DNA of 64,000 nucleotides from Vicinamibacterales bacterium (GTDB taxonomy: Bacteria > Acidobacteriota > Vicinamibacteria > Vicinamibacterales > SCN-69-37). Below are positions 18,230-29,103 of this stretch, one piece after another (positions within the stretch are counted from its first letter, which is position 1; each line of letters begins with the position of its first letter). Location: positions 29,376 through 93,375 of the forward strand of contig JBDSZL010000071.1 in the NCBI GenBank assembly GCA_039925145.1. Direction: 5' to 3'. Under the pieces are notes generated by a model. That model made no database searches and was not told where the DNA came from. It worked only from the letters and a program-made list of their open reading frames with translations. A program made the translations under genes and the position numbers.

Positions 18230-19051
18230 GTGGATTCGACTCTCCCTATCGGCGTGTTCGACTCGGGTGTCGGCGGCCTCACAGTGCTCCGCGCCCTGCG
18301 CGAGTCCCTGCCGCACGAGTCGGCGATTTATCTCGGTGACACGGCACGTCTGCCCTACGGCACGAAGAGCGAAGCCTCGGTCATCCGCTACGCGACGCAG
18401 GCGACCGAGCATCTCGTCGGACGCGGCATCAAACTCCTCGTCATCGCCTGCAACACGGCCTCGGCCGTGTCGCTCGATCCCATCCGTCAGCGCTTCGCGC
18501 CACTGCCCGTCGTCGGCGTCGTCGAGCCCGGCGCAGAGGCGGCGGTCGCGGCGAGCCGGCATCAGCGACACCTGGTGCTCGCCACCGAGTCGACGGTGAA
18601 GCGCCATGCGTATGCCCGCGCCATCCGCACCCTGGCACCGGATGCAGTCGTCGAGGAGATTGCATGTTCCCTGCTCGTCGCGCTGGCCGAAGAGGGATGG
18701 ACGGAGGGCAGCATTGCAGAGTCCATCGCGCGTGAGTACGTGTCGGCGGTGTTCACGCGGCCTCCGGCGGCCCAGCCGGAAACAGTCGTTCTGGGATGCA
18801 CGCACTTTCCGTTGTTGGCGAGCGTGATTCGCCGGGTGGTGGGCCCGGCGCCGGCCTTGGTCGATTCGGCGAGCACGACGGCCGCCTATGTGGCGGGCCT
18901 GCTGGGCAGGTCAGGCCTGCTCAACACGAAACCGGGACCGGGAGACCTCCGGCTGCTCGCCACGGATGGCGCGGATCGTTTCGCGGCCGTCGGCGCGCGG
19001 TTTCTCCGAGAGCCCATGACGGCAGGCGACGTCGAGATCGTCGACCTGTAG
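18230..19051 (+). CDS. murI: Glutamate racemase
   Basis: ..IGVFDSGVGGLTVL.., ..VIACNTAS.. and ..LGCTHFP.. contain the two catalytic Cys motifs. The listed ORF starts at 18080; I trimmed the start to the in-frame GTG at 18230, which is uncertain by tens of nt. Confidence 0.85.
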   Translation: MDSTLPIGVFDSGVGGLTVLRALRESLPHESAIYLGDTARLPYGTKSEASVIRYATQATEHLVGRGIKLLVIACNTASAVSLDPIRQRFAPLPVVGVVEPGAEAAVAASRHQRHLVLATESTVKRHAYARAIRTLAPDAVVEEIACSLLVALAEEGWTEGSIAESIAREYVSAVFTRPPAAQPETVVLGCTHFPLLASVIRRVVGPAPALVDSASTTAAYVAGLLGRSGLLNTKPGPGDLRLLATDGADRFAAVGARFLREPMTAGDVEIVDL

Positions 19052-19118
19052 AGCGGGCGACACTGACATCAGGACGGGACCCGGTACGAGCGGGCTGCGT
19101 CTCGGCCAACCCCGTCCG

Positions 19119-19964
19119 CTACCTCACCCGGCCCTCGGCCTGAAACCGGCGGTAGTTCGAATACCACGTCTCACTCGTGATTACTTCGTCGCCTCGAGGT
19201 CGCTTGGCGACGTAGCGTTCCTCGAACAACGTGGGGACCCACAGCTCCACTCCCCCGTGCCACTCGAAGCTGGTCGTCAGCTCCGCTGTCGTCGCCCCAT
19301 CACGCACGAGAATGCGGGTGCGATGCACGCGGCCGCTCAGCGGCTCGATGGTGACTTCGCCCGTTGAGAACACCGACTTTCCGCCGGTGCCTTTGACGAG
19401 TGTGGGCCTATCTCGCTCCTCGAACGCGAGCGTCACGGCCGTCTCGTCGGGCTCATGCTGATTCACTGCCACGCGGCTGAACTTGAACCGCGACACGTGC
19501 GTGCGGCCCAATACCAGCAAGGCAATTGTCGGCTCGTTGAAGTTGCGGACGACGTTGCCGAGATTGTAGCGGGCGTTGTGGCGAAGTAACTGCTCGGCAA
19601 CGGCGCGAACCGGGCTCTCGCGGAGCAGGGCGGGCAGGTCGTCGCGCTCGACGACCACCTGCCCATCGACGTCCTTGACGTCGCGAACGGACAGCCACAT
19701 CCGTTCGGCTATCAGGTAGGTGAGGAACAGCTCGCCGTGCGTCTTGCGGCTCGAGATCTCCGCACCTGGCCCGTGGGCGTTCTGCTCGGTAGACTCGTCG
19801 GCAACGACGAACTTGAAATCCTGCTGATAGGACTCGACGTACGCGGACGCCCTGGCGACGAGGTCCTTGACTGCCAGATCGCGCGCCGACTTCTGCACGG
19901 TCCCCAGGGCGTGAACGCCCGAGACGATGAGCATGATGGCAATCAGCGCGAGCAGGGGCCGCAT
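19119..19964 (-). CDS. Hypothetical secreted protein
   Basis: The signal peptide is MRPLLALIAIMLIVSGVHALG, and the codon third position is strongly G/C. I recognise no family. Confidence 0.6.
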   Translation of the reverse strand: MRPLLALIAIMLIVSGVHALGTVQKSARDLAVKDLVARASAYVESYQQDFKFVVADESTEQNAHGPGAEISSRKTHGELFLTYLIAERMWLSVRDVKDVDGQVVVERDDLPALLRESPVRAVAEQLLRHNARYNLGNVVRNFNEPTIALLVLGRTHVSRFKFSRVAVNQHEPDETAVTLAFEERDRPTLVKGTGGKSVFSTGEVTIEPLSGRVHRTRILVRDGATTAELTTSFEWHGGVELWVPTLFEERYVAKRPRGDEVITSETWYSNYRRFQAEGRVR

Positions 19965-20024
19965 CGATCTACGGTAGCGCAGCCTGGCGAGGCAACGTTC
20001 ACCAGCGCAGGTGCCTTCGGCGGA

Positions 20025-20393
20025 CTAGGGCGTCTCGTCCCGATGCACGGTGTCCATCGAGAACGCTGGGAGGCAGACTGCCACGTACTCAGCGCCACCC
20101 GGCTCAGGGCTGCTGTAGCGCACCCACTCACCCGGCGTTGCAACGACGGCTTGTCCGGCGCGCACGTCGAGAACGCCCTGTTCGTGTTCGACCCGAAGCA
20201 TGCCGCGCAGCACGAGCGTGATTTCCTCAAAGGCGGGCCGCTGTCCCGGCTCTACCCACCCCTCGGGTGAGACCATTTTCGCCACGCTGACGGCACCATG
20301 GCCGGAGTTCACGCGCCCCGCGTATTCTTCGATCCGCTTCGGCTTGTTTCCAGCGGCTGGCATCACTGTGGGCTGCGCTATGAGAGTCGGCAT
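20025..20393 (-). CDS. Cupin-domain protein
   Basis: This is the tail of listed ORF 20025..20717, with the start at the ATG at 20393 (MPTLIAQPTV..). ..FEEITLVLRGMLRVEHE..AGQAVVATPGEWVRY.. is the cupin beta-barrel pattern. Confidence 0.65.
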   Translation of the reverse strand: MPTLIAQPTVMPAAGNKPKRIEEYAGRVNSGHGAVSVAKMVSPEGWVEPGQRPAFEEITLVLRGMLRVEHEQGVLDVRAGQAVVATPGEWVRYSSPEPGGAEYVAVCLPAFSMDTVHRDETP

Positions 20394-20404
20394 GGTTCTC
20401 GACT

Positions 20405-20770
20405 TTACTCCACACGCCTGCGGCCTCGCAGCAGCAGGTGATACACGGCGGCGGCATAGAGCGCGTACCCCAGGACGACAGGCCATCGGTACGACGGGAA
20501 GACGCTGCTCGGCGAAAGCCGCGCGCCAAGCTCGAGAACCCGGAGCGCCGCCGATGCGACGAGCGCCACCTGGCCAAGCGGGTACCCGAGCGGCCGCCGC
20601 TCGGCGAGCATGACACCCGCACTGCCCTGCAGAATTGCCACGCACGCGCGCGCGGAAATCATCGCAATCACGACGCGGCTGTGGCCAGCGAGCATCGGCA
20701 GCAACTGGCCGCACCACGTCGCGGCAAGCATTGCTTCGGCAATCAGGAGAGCGCCAAGCGCACGCCGCAC
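20405..20770 (-). CDS. Hypothetical small membrane protein (about 4 TM segments)
   Basis: The 121-aa ORF ends 11 nt before the cupin start, and the protein is hydrophobic throughout. There is no family call. Confidence 0.45.
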   Translation of the reverse strand: MRRALGALLIAEAMLAATWCGQLLPMLAGHSRVVIAMISARACVAILQGSAGVMLAERRPLGYPLGQVALVASAALRVLELGARLSPSSVFPSYRWPVVLGYALYAAAVYHLLLRGRRRVE

Positions 20771-21013
20771 TCAGGCACGATACACGAGGACGCGATCGTC
20801 CTCAGGGGCAGTGGCGGCTGCCGCTCGAAGCGCGAGTCGTCACGACCACAGCCTCAGTCGCATCCCGTTGTACGGTAATTCCCAAGTGTTTCAGGCGATC
20901 ACCTTGCGTGGAAGCGAACCGGCCCCGATAATTCTAGGGTCCTCCCGGCCCACGATGTGTGAGGCGACGGTGGACGCGTGAGCGCATCGGTCGCGCTCGG
21001 GAGAGACCAACAG

Positions 21014-23857
21014 ATGACCCGTCGCCTCAGCCTTCAGCTCGCGTTCATTGCGGGTGCCCTCGGGCTTGCGGCATCGCTCGCCGGCGCTCCTCGGCAGCCG
21101 GCCCAGGTGGCTCGGGACAAAGGGCCGCTCGCAGCCACGATTCCGACCGACCCGCAGATCACGACCGGACGGTTTGCGAACGGCCTGCGTTATTACATCC
21201 GGCGAAACACACGGCCGCAGAACCGAGCCGAGTTGAGGCTGGTCGTCAATGCCGGCTCCGTGCTCGAGGAGGATGACCAGCAGGGGCTGGCCCACTTCGT
21301 CGAGCACATGGCATTCAACGGCACGACGCATTTCCCAAAGATGGCCATCGTTTCCTTCATGGAGTCGATCGGCATGCGCTTCGGCCCCAGCGTGAACGCC
21401 TTCACCAGCTTCGATGAGACGGTCTACATGCTGCAGATCCCGACCGAGCGCGCGGAGGTCATCGACAAGGCGCTGCTCGTGCTCGAGGATTGGGCGCACA
21501 ACGTGTCGTTCGGGACCGAGGAGATCAACAAGGAGCGGGGCGTCATCACCGAGGAGTGGCGGCTGCGGCGGGGCGCGGCGGCCAGGGTGCAGGACAAACA
21601 GCTCCCAATGATCCTGCAGAACTCGCGTTACGCGGGCCGCATTCCCATCGGCAAGATGGAGATCGTCCAGAACTTCAACCCGGATCGGCTGCGGCAGTTC
21701 TACAAGGACTGGTATCGCCCAGACCTCATGGCGGTCATTGCGGTGGGAGACTTCAACCCGGCCGACGTGCAGGCCCTGGTGACGAAACACTTCGGCGCGA
21801 TAGCCCCGTCGGCCACTCCGAAGAAGCGACCGACGTTCGCTGTGCCGGGTCACCCCGGCACCACCTTCGCGATTGCCACCGACAAAGAGGTGCCGACCAC
21901 GCAGGTCAGCGTGTACAACATGACGCCGGCGCGCGACCAGTCGACCATCGGATCCTATCGGCAGCAGCAGATCGTCGACGGGCTCTTCTCGAGTATGCTG
22001 AACGCCCGCTTCGCCGAAATCGCCGAGAAGCCCAACGCGCCGTTCCTCGCCGCCCATGCCTCGCGAGGTCAAATCGTGCGTACCGCCGAGGCGGCTACCC
22101 TTGGCGCCGTCGTGAAGGAGGACGGCATCGAGAAAGGGCTGGAGTCAATTTTTGCCGAAGCCCAGCGGGTGGCCCAGTTCGGCTTTACAGCCACCGAGCT
22201 CGACCGCCAGAAGGTCAGCTCCCTTCGCCGCCTCGAACGCGCGATCACCGAGAAGGACAATCAGCAGTCTGCCGACCTGGCAGCCGAGTACAGCCGAAAT
22301 TACCTGAACGGCGAGCCAATCCCGGGCATCGTGTACGAGAACGCGCTCTACCAGCGCTTCATGCCGGGAATTACCCTCGCCGAGATCAACCAGCTCGCCA
22401 AGACGTGGTGGCCCGATCGCAACCGCGTCGTGGCGGTGACGGCCCCCGATAAGCCGGGTGTCGTCATTCCCACAGAGGCGCGCCTGTCCGCGGCGATGAC
22501 GCGGGCGGGCGGCCCAGGTCTGAAGGCCTACGAGGATGCCGGCGGCGGACGGGCGCTGCTCGAGTCGGTGCCCACACCCGGACGGGTCGTCAGCACCAAC
22601 GTCCGCACGCCATTTGGCATCACGGAGTGGAAGCTGTCCAACGGCGCGACGATCGTCCTCAAGCCCACGACGTTCAGACAGGACGAGATCATGTTCCGGG
22701 CGTTCAGTCCCGGCGGCACCTCGCTCGCGAGCGACCGCGACTTCATCGCCGCGATCACGGCGGCGCAGGTCGTGAGCGCTGGCGGTCTCGGCCAGATGAG
22801 CTCGAACGAGCTGGGGAAAGCGCTCACCGGCAAGCTCGCCAGCGTGCGTCCGTCGATCGGCGCGCTCGACGAAGGGGTGGCCGGCACAGGGTCGATGAAA
22901 GACGCCGAGACGCTCTTTCAGATGATCTATCTGACGTTCACGCAGCCGCGTGTCGATCCGGAGATCTTCAAGGTCATTCTCGATCAGACCCGGACGGCAC
23001 TGGCCAACCAGTCTGCACGCCCGGAGTACGCATTCGGTCTGGCACTCGGCTCCGCCCTGTCGCAGGATCATCCCCGGGCCCGTCCGATGACGCTCGACCT
23101 GGTGAATGAGATGGATCTGGCCAAATCGGTTGCCTTCTACAAGGACCGGTTCGCCGACGCGAGCGACTTCACATTCGTATTCGTCGGCAGCTTCGATCCC
23201 GCGAAGCTGCAGCCACTGGTGGAGCAGTACATCGGTTCGCTGCCGGCGCTGCATCGGCAGGAGTCCTGGAAGGATGTCGGCATCCGCTACCCGCACACGG
23301 TCGTCGAGCGACGGGTCGAGAAGGGCATCGAGCCGAAGAGTCAGACGGCCACCGTGTTCACGGGGACGTTCCAGTACGATCAATCTCACCGCACGGCGAT
23401 CCGGGCGATGGCGATGGCGCTCGAAACCCGCCTCCGCGGTGCTCTGCGCGAAGAGCTCGGTGGCACGTATTCGGTGAGCGTCTCGGCGGGCTACTCCAAG
23501 ATTCCCACGCCGGAGTACAGCGTCTCGATCAACTTTGGCGCCGACCCGACCAGGCTCAATGCGCTGGCGGCGCGGGTGTCGACTGAGATCGAGCGTCTCA
23601 AGACATCGGGCGTGACCGAGCAGGAGTTGAGTGACGTGCGCGAGGCCCTGCTCAGGGAATACGAGGCAGGCACCAAGTCGAACAGCTACCTGATGAGTAA
23701 CATTGCAGGCCGGTATCAGCTCGGCGAGAGTCTCGAGAGCTTCTTTACGCTCGACGCCAGCTATCGGTCGCTCACGGCCGCAACGATTCAGGACGCGGCC
23801 CGCACGTACTTGAATCCCCAGTCGGTGGTTCGCGTGACCCTGGTTCCAGAGAAGTAA
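21014..23857 (+). CDS. M16-family (pitrilysin/insulinase-like) zinc peptidase, double-unit, secreted
   Basis: ..GLAHFVEHMAFNGT.. carries the inverted HxxEH zinc motif. There are two M16 halves. I placed the start at the ATG at 21014, which gives the signal peptide MTRRLSLQLAFIAGALGLAASLAGA. Confidence 0.88.
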   Translation: MTRRLSLQLAFIAGALGLAASLAGAPRQPAQVARDKGPLAATIPTDPQITTGRFANGLRYYIRRNTRPQNRAELRLVVNAGSVLEEDDQQGLAHFVEHMAFNGTTHFPKMAIVSFMESIGMRFGPSVNAFTSFDETVYMLQIPTERAEVIDKALLVLEDWAHNVSFGTEEINKERGVITEEWRLRRGAAARVQDKQLPMILQNSRYAGRIPIGKMEIVQNFNPDRLRQFYKDWYRPDLMAVIAVGDFNPADVQALVTKHFGAIAPSATPKKRPTFAVPGHPGTTFAIATDKEVPTTQVSVYNMTPARDQSTIGSYRQQQIVDGLFSSMLNARFAEIAEKPNAPFLAAHASRGQIVRTAEAATLGAVVKEDGIEKGLESIFAEAQRVAQFGFTATELDRQKVSSLRRLERAITEKDNQQSADLAAEYSRNYLNGEPIPGIVYENALYQRFMPGITLAEINQLAKTWWPDRNRVVAVTAPDKPGVVIPTEARLSAAMTRAGGPGLKAYEDAGGGRALLESVPTPGRVVSTNVRTPFGITEWKLSNGATIVLKPTTFRQDEIMFRAFSPGGTSLASDRDFIAAITAAQVVSAGGLGQMSSNELGKALTGKLASVRPSIGALDEGVAGTGSMKDAETLFQMIYLTFTQPRVDPEIFKVILDQTRTALANQSARPEYAFGLALGSALSQDHPRARPMTLDLVNEMDLAKSVAFYKDRFADASDFTFVFVGSFDPAKLQPLVEQYIGSLPALHRQESWKDVGIRYPHTVVERRVEKGIEPKSQTATVFTGTFQYDQSHRTAIRAMAMALETRLRGALREELGGTYSVSVSAGYSKIPTPEYSVSINFGADPTRLNALAARVSTEIERLKTSGVTEQELSDVREALLREYEAGTKSNSYLMSNIAGRYQLGESLESFFTLDASYRSLTAATIQDAARTYLNPQSVVRVTLVPEK

Positions 23858-23915
23858 GACTCGTCACCCTGGCATCCCGGCAGTCGACACGGGCACTGCG
23901 GGTAGTCGGCGAGAG

Positions 23916-24722
23916 TCAGCCGTACGTCGCAACGAAGACGTCGTGCGCGGTTTTGACGACCAGCGCGAGCACCACGCCGATGAAGACCGGCCGCATCAGC
24001 CTGGCGCCGCCGCGCAGGGCGAGGCGCGATCCCACCTGCGCCCCGGCCACGTTGAATACGGCCATCCCGAGACCAAGCGGCCAGAGCACGTGCCCGTGCC
24101 AGCCAAACCAGAGGACCGCGGCCAGGTTGGTGGCCACGTTCAGGACGCGTGCGGAGGCGGCCGCGTTCACCAGGTCGTAACCGAACAATCGGACGAATAG
24201 GACCATGAAGAAGCTGCCGGTTCCCGGTCCGAAAAAGCCGTCGTACAGGCTGATCGCTGCCACAAGGAGCGCCGCGAGCGCGTAGTGCGGTCGCTGCATC
24301 GTGCGTGGCGCGTGCACATGACCGAAGTCTCTGCGGCCGACTGTGCTCAGCAGGACCGCCAGGAGCAGCAGCGGAACCAGGGGCCGGAACAGATCGGGAG
24401 GCACCCGCGTCGCGAGCACGGCGCCGCCGAGTGAGGCGGCGAGCGCGATGGGAGCCACGACCCCCAGCACGCGCCACGGAATCACGACCGATCGGGCGAA
24501 CCGCGCGACGGCGCTTGCCGTGCCCACGATCGACGCGCACTTGTTGGTGCCGAGCAGGTCCGCGGGGAGCCGACCCGGATAGGCGGCAAAGAGCGCTGGC
24601 AGCTGGATGAGTCCGCCGCCGCCAACCATGGCATCCACGCATCCGGCGAGAGCGGCCGCGCCGAGAATCAGAAGGAAACCGATCACGCGATCATGGGCGT
24701 CTGCTTGCGGCGAGCCCTGCAA
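23916..24722 (-). CDS. TauE/SafE (TSUP) family anion-exporter-like membrane protein
   Basis: ..GCVDAMVGGGGLIQLPAL.. is present, and the protein has about 8 TM helices arranged as an internal duplication. Confidence 0.8.
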   Translation of the reverse strand: MQGSPQADAHDRVIGFLLILGAAALAGCVDAMVGGGGLIQLPALFAAYPGRLPADLLGTNKCASIVGTASAVARFARSVVIPWRVLGVVAPIALAASLGGAVLATRVPPDLFRPLVPLLLLAVLLSTVGRRDFGHVHAPRTMQRPHYALAALLVAAISLYDGFFGPGTGSFFMVLFVRLFGYDLVNAAASARVLNVATNLAAVLWFGWHGHVLWPLGLGMAVFNVAGAQVGSRLALRGGARLMRPVFIGVVLALVVKTAHDVFVATYG

Positions 24723-24828
24723 GCGCGTCTCCGGTCAGGCGATAGACCGTCCAATTCAAGCAGCACCGGGATATCGGAGGCGACGGCCGGGTCGATCCGG
24801 ATCACCACAGGCACGGCACACCCCCGAC

Positions 24829-26349
24829 TTAGGCCGGGCCATCCATGTCGGTGACGAGCGGCTGGGATCGATCGCTTTCGATCTCATCCCAGATGAGCAC
24901 GCTGTGTGTCTCTTTCAATAGCAGCGCGCCGATGACGAACGTGGCGCTCGCTACGCCGATTGGGTAATACAGACCGGCGTAGATATCCCCGGTCTGCGCC
25001 ACAATCGAGAGCCCGATGAGCGGCAGCAGCCCGCCGAACACACCGTTGCCGATGTGATAGGGCAGCGACAGTGCCGTGTAGCGGATCTTGGCCGGGAACG
25101 CCTCGACCAGGTAGGCGGCGATGGGCCCGTAGACCATCGTGACGAACACGAGCTGGACGAACACCAGGAGGATGAGCTTCCACGCCACCGGATTGCTGGC
25201 CAGGCTTGCAATCCCCGCGTAAGGCAGCACCTCGAGCGCTGGGGTCAGCACGCCGTTGACGAGCCGCAACGGAGTCAGGCTGAGCCCACCGGTCACGGGA
25301 TTACGCTGCGACTGAGCCGTCACCACTTCCGATCCCGCCACGTGCTGCATGGCGTGGTAGATCGGCAGGTACGACACGGCTGCAATGAGGCAGCCTGCGA
25401 GGATGATGCGCTTACGGCCGATCCGGTCGGACAGCGCCCCGAAGACGACAAAGAGCGGCATGCCGAGCAGCAGCGCGGTCGCCACGATGTAGTTGGCCGA
25501 GGTCGCGTTTACTTTGAGTATCGTCTGCAAATAGAACAGGGCGTAGAACTGCCCGGTGTACCAGACGACCCCCTGGCCCGCCGTGGCTCCGAAGAGCGAG
25601 ATCAGCACGCGCTTGAGGTTGACCCACTCCGTGAACGCCTCCTTCAGCGGCCGCGCCGACGTCATGCCAGTTGCCTTGATGTGCGTGAAGATGGGCGACT
25701 CCTTCATGCGCAGGCGGATATAGAGCGAGATGCCGACCAGGAAGATGGAGATCAGAAACGGCAGCCGCCAGCCCCAGGCCCGAAACGCCTCGACACTCAT
25801 CAGGTTCTGAACGATGAGGATCACCGCCAGAGAGATGAACAGGCCAAGCGTGGCCGTGATCTGAATAAAGCTCGTGTAGAACCCACGTTTCCCGTCGGGC
25901 ACGTGCTCGGCGACGTAGACCGCGGCGCCCCCGTACTCGCCCCCGAGCGCCAGTCCCTGCAGCACACGCACGAGCAGCAGGACGAGCGGCGCGGCGACGC
26001 CGATGGTTGCGTAGGTCGGGAGCAGGCCGATGGCGGCCGTGGCACCGCCCATGATCAGGAGCGTCACCAGGAAGGCGTACTTGCGCCCCACCAGGTCGCC
26101 GATGCGGCCGAAGAACAATGCCCCGAACGGCCGTACGACGAACCCGACCGCAAACGTCGAGAGGTAGGCAATGAGCGCGAGCGTGTCGTTGCCGCGCGGG
26201 TAGAACAGCGGCGAGATGACGGTGGCAAGGCTGCCGAAGATATAGAAGTCGTACCACTCGATCATGGTCCCCACGGCCGATGCCGCGATGACCTGCCAGA
26301 TCTTGTAGTCGGCCGCTCCTGCGGCGGCCGTCGGCCTCACCTGATTCAC
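24829..26349 (-). CDS. MFS transporter, metabolite:H+ symporter (ProP/KgtP-like) family
   Basis: ..GTMIEWYDFYIFG.. and ..FFGRIGDLVGRK.. are MHS signatures. I moved the start to the GTG at 26349, which has GAGGAG 5 nt upstream. Confidence 0.85.
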   Translation of the reverse strand: MNQVRPTAAAGAADYKIWQVIAASAVGTMIEWYDFYIFGSLATVISPLFYPRGNDTLALIAYLSTFAVGFVVRPFGALFFGRIGDLVGRKYAFLVTLLIMGGATAAIGLLPTYATIGVAAPLVLLLVRVLQGLALGGEYGGAAVYVAEHVPDGKRGFYTSFIQITATLGLFISLAVILIVQNLMSVEAFRAWGWRLPFLISIFLVGISLYIRLRMKESPIFTHIKATGMTSARPLKEAFTEWVNLKRVLISLFGATAGQGVVWYTGQFYALFYLQTILKVNATSANYIVATALLLGMPLFVVFGALSDRIGRKRIILAGCLIAAVSYLPIYHAMQHVAGSEVVTAQSQRNPVTGGLSLTPLRLVNGVLTPALEVLPYAGIASLASNPVAWKLILLVFVQLVFVTMVYGPIAAYLVEAFPAKIRYTALSLPYHIGNGVFGGLLPLIGLSIVAQTGDIYAGLYYPIGVASATFVIGALLLKETHSVLIWDEIESDRSQPLVTDMDGPA

Positions 26350-26419
26350 GGGTGCTCCTCGATGACGTGGACGAGGAGTATATACGGGCGCCCGGCCTGA
26401 CTCCTGATCTGGACCCTCG

Positions 26420-28237
26420 TCACAGCCGGCAGATGAGCAACTCCCGCTCGTACACCATCTCGGGGGGCAGATGGTCGTGGAGCTCGATGAACAGCTCTTC
26501 GTGCTCCATGACCTCGCGCCGCCAGGCGGCGACATCGACGGCCTGCAGCTCGTCGAACTGGGCCTGCGACAGCGACAGGCCGCTCCAGTCGATGTCCGTC
26601 CAAGCGGGCATCCAGCCGATAGGGGTCTCGCGCGCCAGGGCGCGGCCGCGAACCCGCTCGACGATCCATCTCAGCACACGCATGTTCTCGCGGAAGCCTG
26701 GCCACAGGAACTCACCCTCAGCGTTCTTGCGGAACCAGTTGACGTGGAAGATTCGCGGCGTCTGGCTGAGGGTCCGCTGCATGGTGATCCAGTGCCGGAA
26801 GTAATCGCCCATGTGGTAGCCACAAAACGGACGCATCGCCATCGGGTCGCGGCGCACCCGTCCGACCTGGCCAACAGCAGCCGCCGTGGTCTCCGATCCC
26901 ATCGTGGCTCCGACATAGACGCCGGCGGTCCAGTTGAAGCCCTGATAGACCAGCGGCATCGTCGTCGCGCGACGCCCGCCAAAGATGAAGGCGCTGATCG
27001 GCACGCCCTCCGGCGACTCCCACCGGTCGTCAACGATCGGGCATTGAGCGACCGGAGCCGTGAAGCGAGAATTGGGATGCGCGGCTGGGGCGCCTGTCTC
27101 GCGCGCGATCTCCGGCGTCCATGGGCGTCCCTGCCAATCGAGGCACTCGGCGGGAGGCGTGTCGGTCATGCCTTCCCACCACACCCCTCCACTGGGAGTG
27201 AGCGCCACGTTCGTAAAAATCGCGTTGCGGGAGATCGTCGCCATCGCGTTCGGGTTGGTCCGAGCCGACGTCCCCGGAGCGACGCCAAAGATACCGGCCT
27301 CGGGATTGATCGCGTGGAGCCGGCCAGCCGCGTCCGGCTTGATCCAGGCGATGTCGTCGCCGACCATCGATACCTTCCAGCCGCGCATGGCGTCTGGCGG
27401 AATCATCATCGCGAGGTTGGTCTTGCCGCACGCGCTCGGAAACGCCGCGGCCACGTACGTCTTCTCCCCAGAGGGGTCCTCCACGCCGAGAATGAGCATG
27501 TGCTCGGCCATCCATCGCTCGTCGCGGGCCATCACCGAGGCGATGCGCAAGCCGAAGCACTTCTTGCCAAGCAGCGCGTTGCCGCCATACCCCGATCCGT
27601 ACGACCAGATCTCGCGCGTCTCGGGGAAGTGCACGATGTACTTCTCACTGTTGCAAGGCCACGCGACATCGGCCGCGCCAGGCGCCAGCGGCGCACCGAC
27701 CGAATGCATGCACGGCACGACGCGGCGGACGTCACGATCGATCTCGCTAAACACCGGCAGGCCAATGCGCGCCATGATCCGCATGCTGACCACGACGTAC
27801 GGCGAGTCGGTGAGCTGTACGCCGATCTGCGACATGGGTGAGCCAATGACGCCCATGCTGAACGGCAGCACGAACATCGTCCGCCCCGCCATGGCCCCCC
27901 CGAACCGGCCCTTCAACTGGCGACGCATCTCGTAGGGCGCCACCCAGTTGTTGGTCGGACCTGCCGCGTCCTGCGACAGCGAGCAGACGAACGTTCGCTG
28001 CTCGACACGAGCGACGTCGTTCGGGTCGGACCGGGCGTAGAAGCAGCCCGGCCACTCGTCCTCATTCAAACGCGTGAACGTGCCCGCTTGCACCAGCTGC
28101 TCGCACAACTGGTCGTATTCCTCCTGAGAGCCGTCCACCCAGTGGACGGACTCCGGACGAGTGAGCTGCCGCATCTTCTCCACCCAGCGGAGCAGATGGG
28201 TGTTACGCGAGAGCGGGACACTGACGTCACGTGACAT
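26420..28237 (-). CDS. pckG: Phosphoenolpyruvate carboxykinase (GTP)
   Basis: ..[14 protein letters not shown].., ..FPSACGKTN.. (kinase-1a) and ..[10 protein letters not shown].. are present. I placed the start at the second ATG (28237, MSRDVSVPL..); 28273 is also possible. Confidence 0.93.
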   Translation of the reverse strand: MSRDVSVPLSRNTHLLRWVEKMRQLTRPESVHWVDGSQEEYDQLCEQLVQAGTFTRLNEDEWPGCFYARSDPNDVARVEQRTFVCSLSQDAAGPTNNWVAPYEMRRQLKGRFGGAMAGRTMFVLPFSMGVIGSPMSQIGVQLTDSPYVVVSMRIMARIGLPVFSEIDRDVRRVVPCMHSVGAPLAPGAADVAWPCNSEKYIVHFPETREIWSYGSGYGGNALLGKKCFGLRIASVMARDERWMAEHMLILGVEDPSGEKTYVAAAFPSACGKTNLAMMIPPDAMRGWKVSMVGDDIAWIKPDAAGRLHAINPEAGIFGVAPGTSARTNPNAMATISRNAIFTNVALTPSGGVWWEGMTDTPPAECLDWQGRPWTPEIARETGAPAAHPNSRFTAPVAQCPIVDDRWESPEGVPISAFIFGGRRATTMPLVYQGFNWTAGVYVGATMGSETTAAAVGQVGRVRRDPMAMRPFCGYHMGDYFRHWITMQRTLSQTPRIFHVNWFRKNAEGEFLWPGFRENMRVLRWIVERVRGRALARETPIGWMPAWTDIDWSGLSLSQAQFDELQAVDVAAWRREVMEHEELFIELHDHLPPEMVYERELLICRL

Positions 28238-28525
28238 CGTTGGACCTAGCGGAAAGAGTTCGGGCCACGCCATCCATGGCGGAGCGGTACGTATTGATCG
28301 ATGCAGGTGAATTCGAGTCTGTATAGTAGCGTGCCAACCGAACCACCGGCGCCCACGTTATGTCCTCTCTCCTGATTTCGCTCGAACGGCACGACTCGGT
28401 GCTGGTGCGTAGTGGGTCAGTTTGAAATCGGCTGCATACGTTATGCTGTCGCGTTCGGGTGAGCCCGTGGCAGGATCGCACCATGCCAAGACGGTCAAGC
28501 ATGGCCTCTGGCGATAGGAGGCGGT

Positions 28526-28771
28526 ATGTCACGACGCTTGCTCTGGATTGCAATCTGGGTTGTCTCTATTCTGGCTACTGCGCAGTACGTGAAAGCCCAG
28601 CGCGAAGCCCTTCCTGCCAATCCGATGTCCAATCCGCTGATGGTTAGCGGAACCGACCTGGCGTTCCGAGTGCAGAGCTACGGGCCTGATGCCGCGCGCG
28701 GGCGCTTCATGATTAGAATCAACGGCACTTGGCAGCCCATTGAAGTCGTGAGCCCTGGCGCCGAGAAATAG
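28526..28771 (+). CDS. Hypothetical small secreted protein (81 aa)
   Basis: AGGAGG lies 5 nt upstream of the ATG. The signal peptide is MSRRLLWIAIWVVSILATAQ. The gene sits in a locally AT-richer intergenic island. Confidence 0.6.
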   Translation: MSRRLLWIAIWVVSILATAQYVKAQREALPANPMSNPLMVSGTDLAFRVQSYGPDAARGRFMIRINGTWQPIEVVSPGAEK

Positions 28772-29054
28772 CCATAACTGAAAACCCTAAGAAGCGTGGC
28801 ACCGACCATGACTTCGCCACTGGCGCCCGCCGCGTGGTCGAGCAGGGCATCGGGGAACGCCTAGACGGCTCACCACTACCCGATCCGCATGAGGGGAAGA
28901 ACCCGCACGCGGTCGCGCTTGGGAAGCTCGGCGGGGCCAATCGCCCGCTTGCACGCCGCACACGGCGCCAGTTGGGAGCCTGCGCGCCTCATCCAAACAC
29001 TGGCGGCGCAGGGGCGGACTTTTCGCGACCTGGACGCCGATCGCCGCGCCGTGC

Positions 29055-29103
29055 GTAAGCCGTAAGCCGCGAGCCCCGAGCCCCGAGCCCCGAACCGTAA
29101 GCC
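29055..29103. repeat. Heptanucleotide tandem repeat (GTAAGCC x2, GCGAGCC, CCGAGCC x2, CCGAACC, GTAAGCC)
   Basis: I read this directly: seven contiguous 7-nt units ending 1 nt from the stop codon of the SGNH hydrolase gene. Confidence 0.85.

Noticed and set aside
20891-22072. 393-aa minus-strand ORF
   Set aside because: It is entirely antisense to the well-supported M16 peptidase gene. It has an Arg/Gly/His-rich, low-complexity composition typical of reverse-frame ORFs in high-GC DNA, and no recognisable motifs.
25054-27841. Plus-strand ORFs of 448 aa (25054..26400) and 456 aa (26471..27841)
   Set aside because: They are antisense to the MFS transporter and to pckG respectively. Both are Arg/Asp/His-rich with no domain signatures, and the opposite-strand genes have unambiguous family motifs.
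28834-29058. 74-aa ORF containing ..KNPHAVALGKLGGA..
   Set aside because: The motif reminded me of small Lys/Arg-rich proteins (..NPAAVALGRLGG..) seen near mobile or TA loci. The rest of the ORF is Arg/Pro/Gly junk, its 3' end runs into the heptad repeat, and there is no RBS. At most it is a decayed remnant, so I do not call it.
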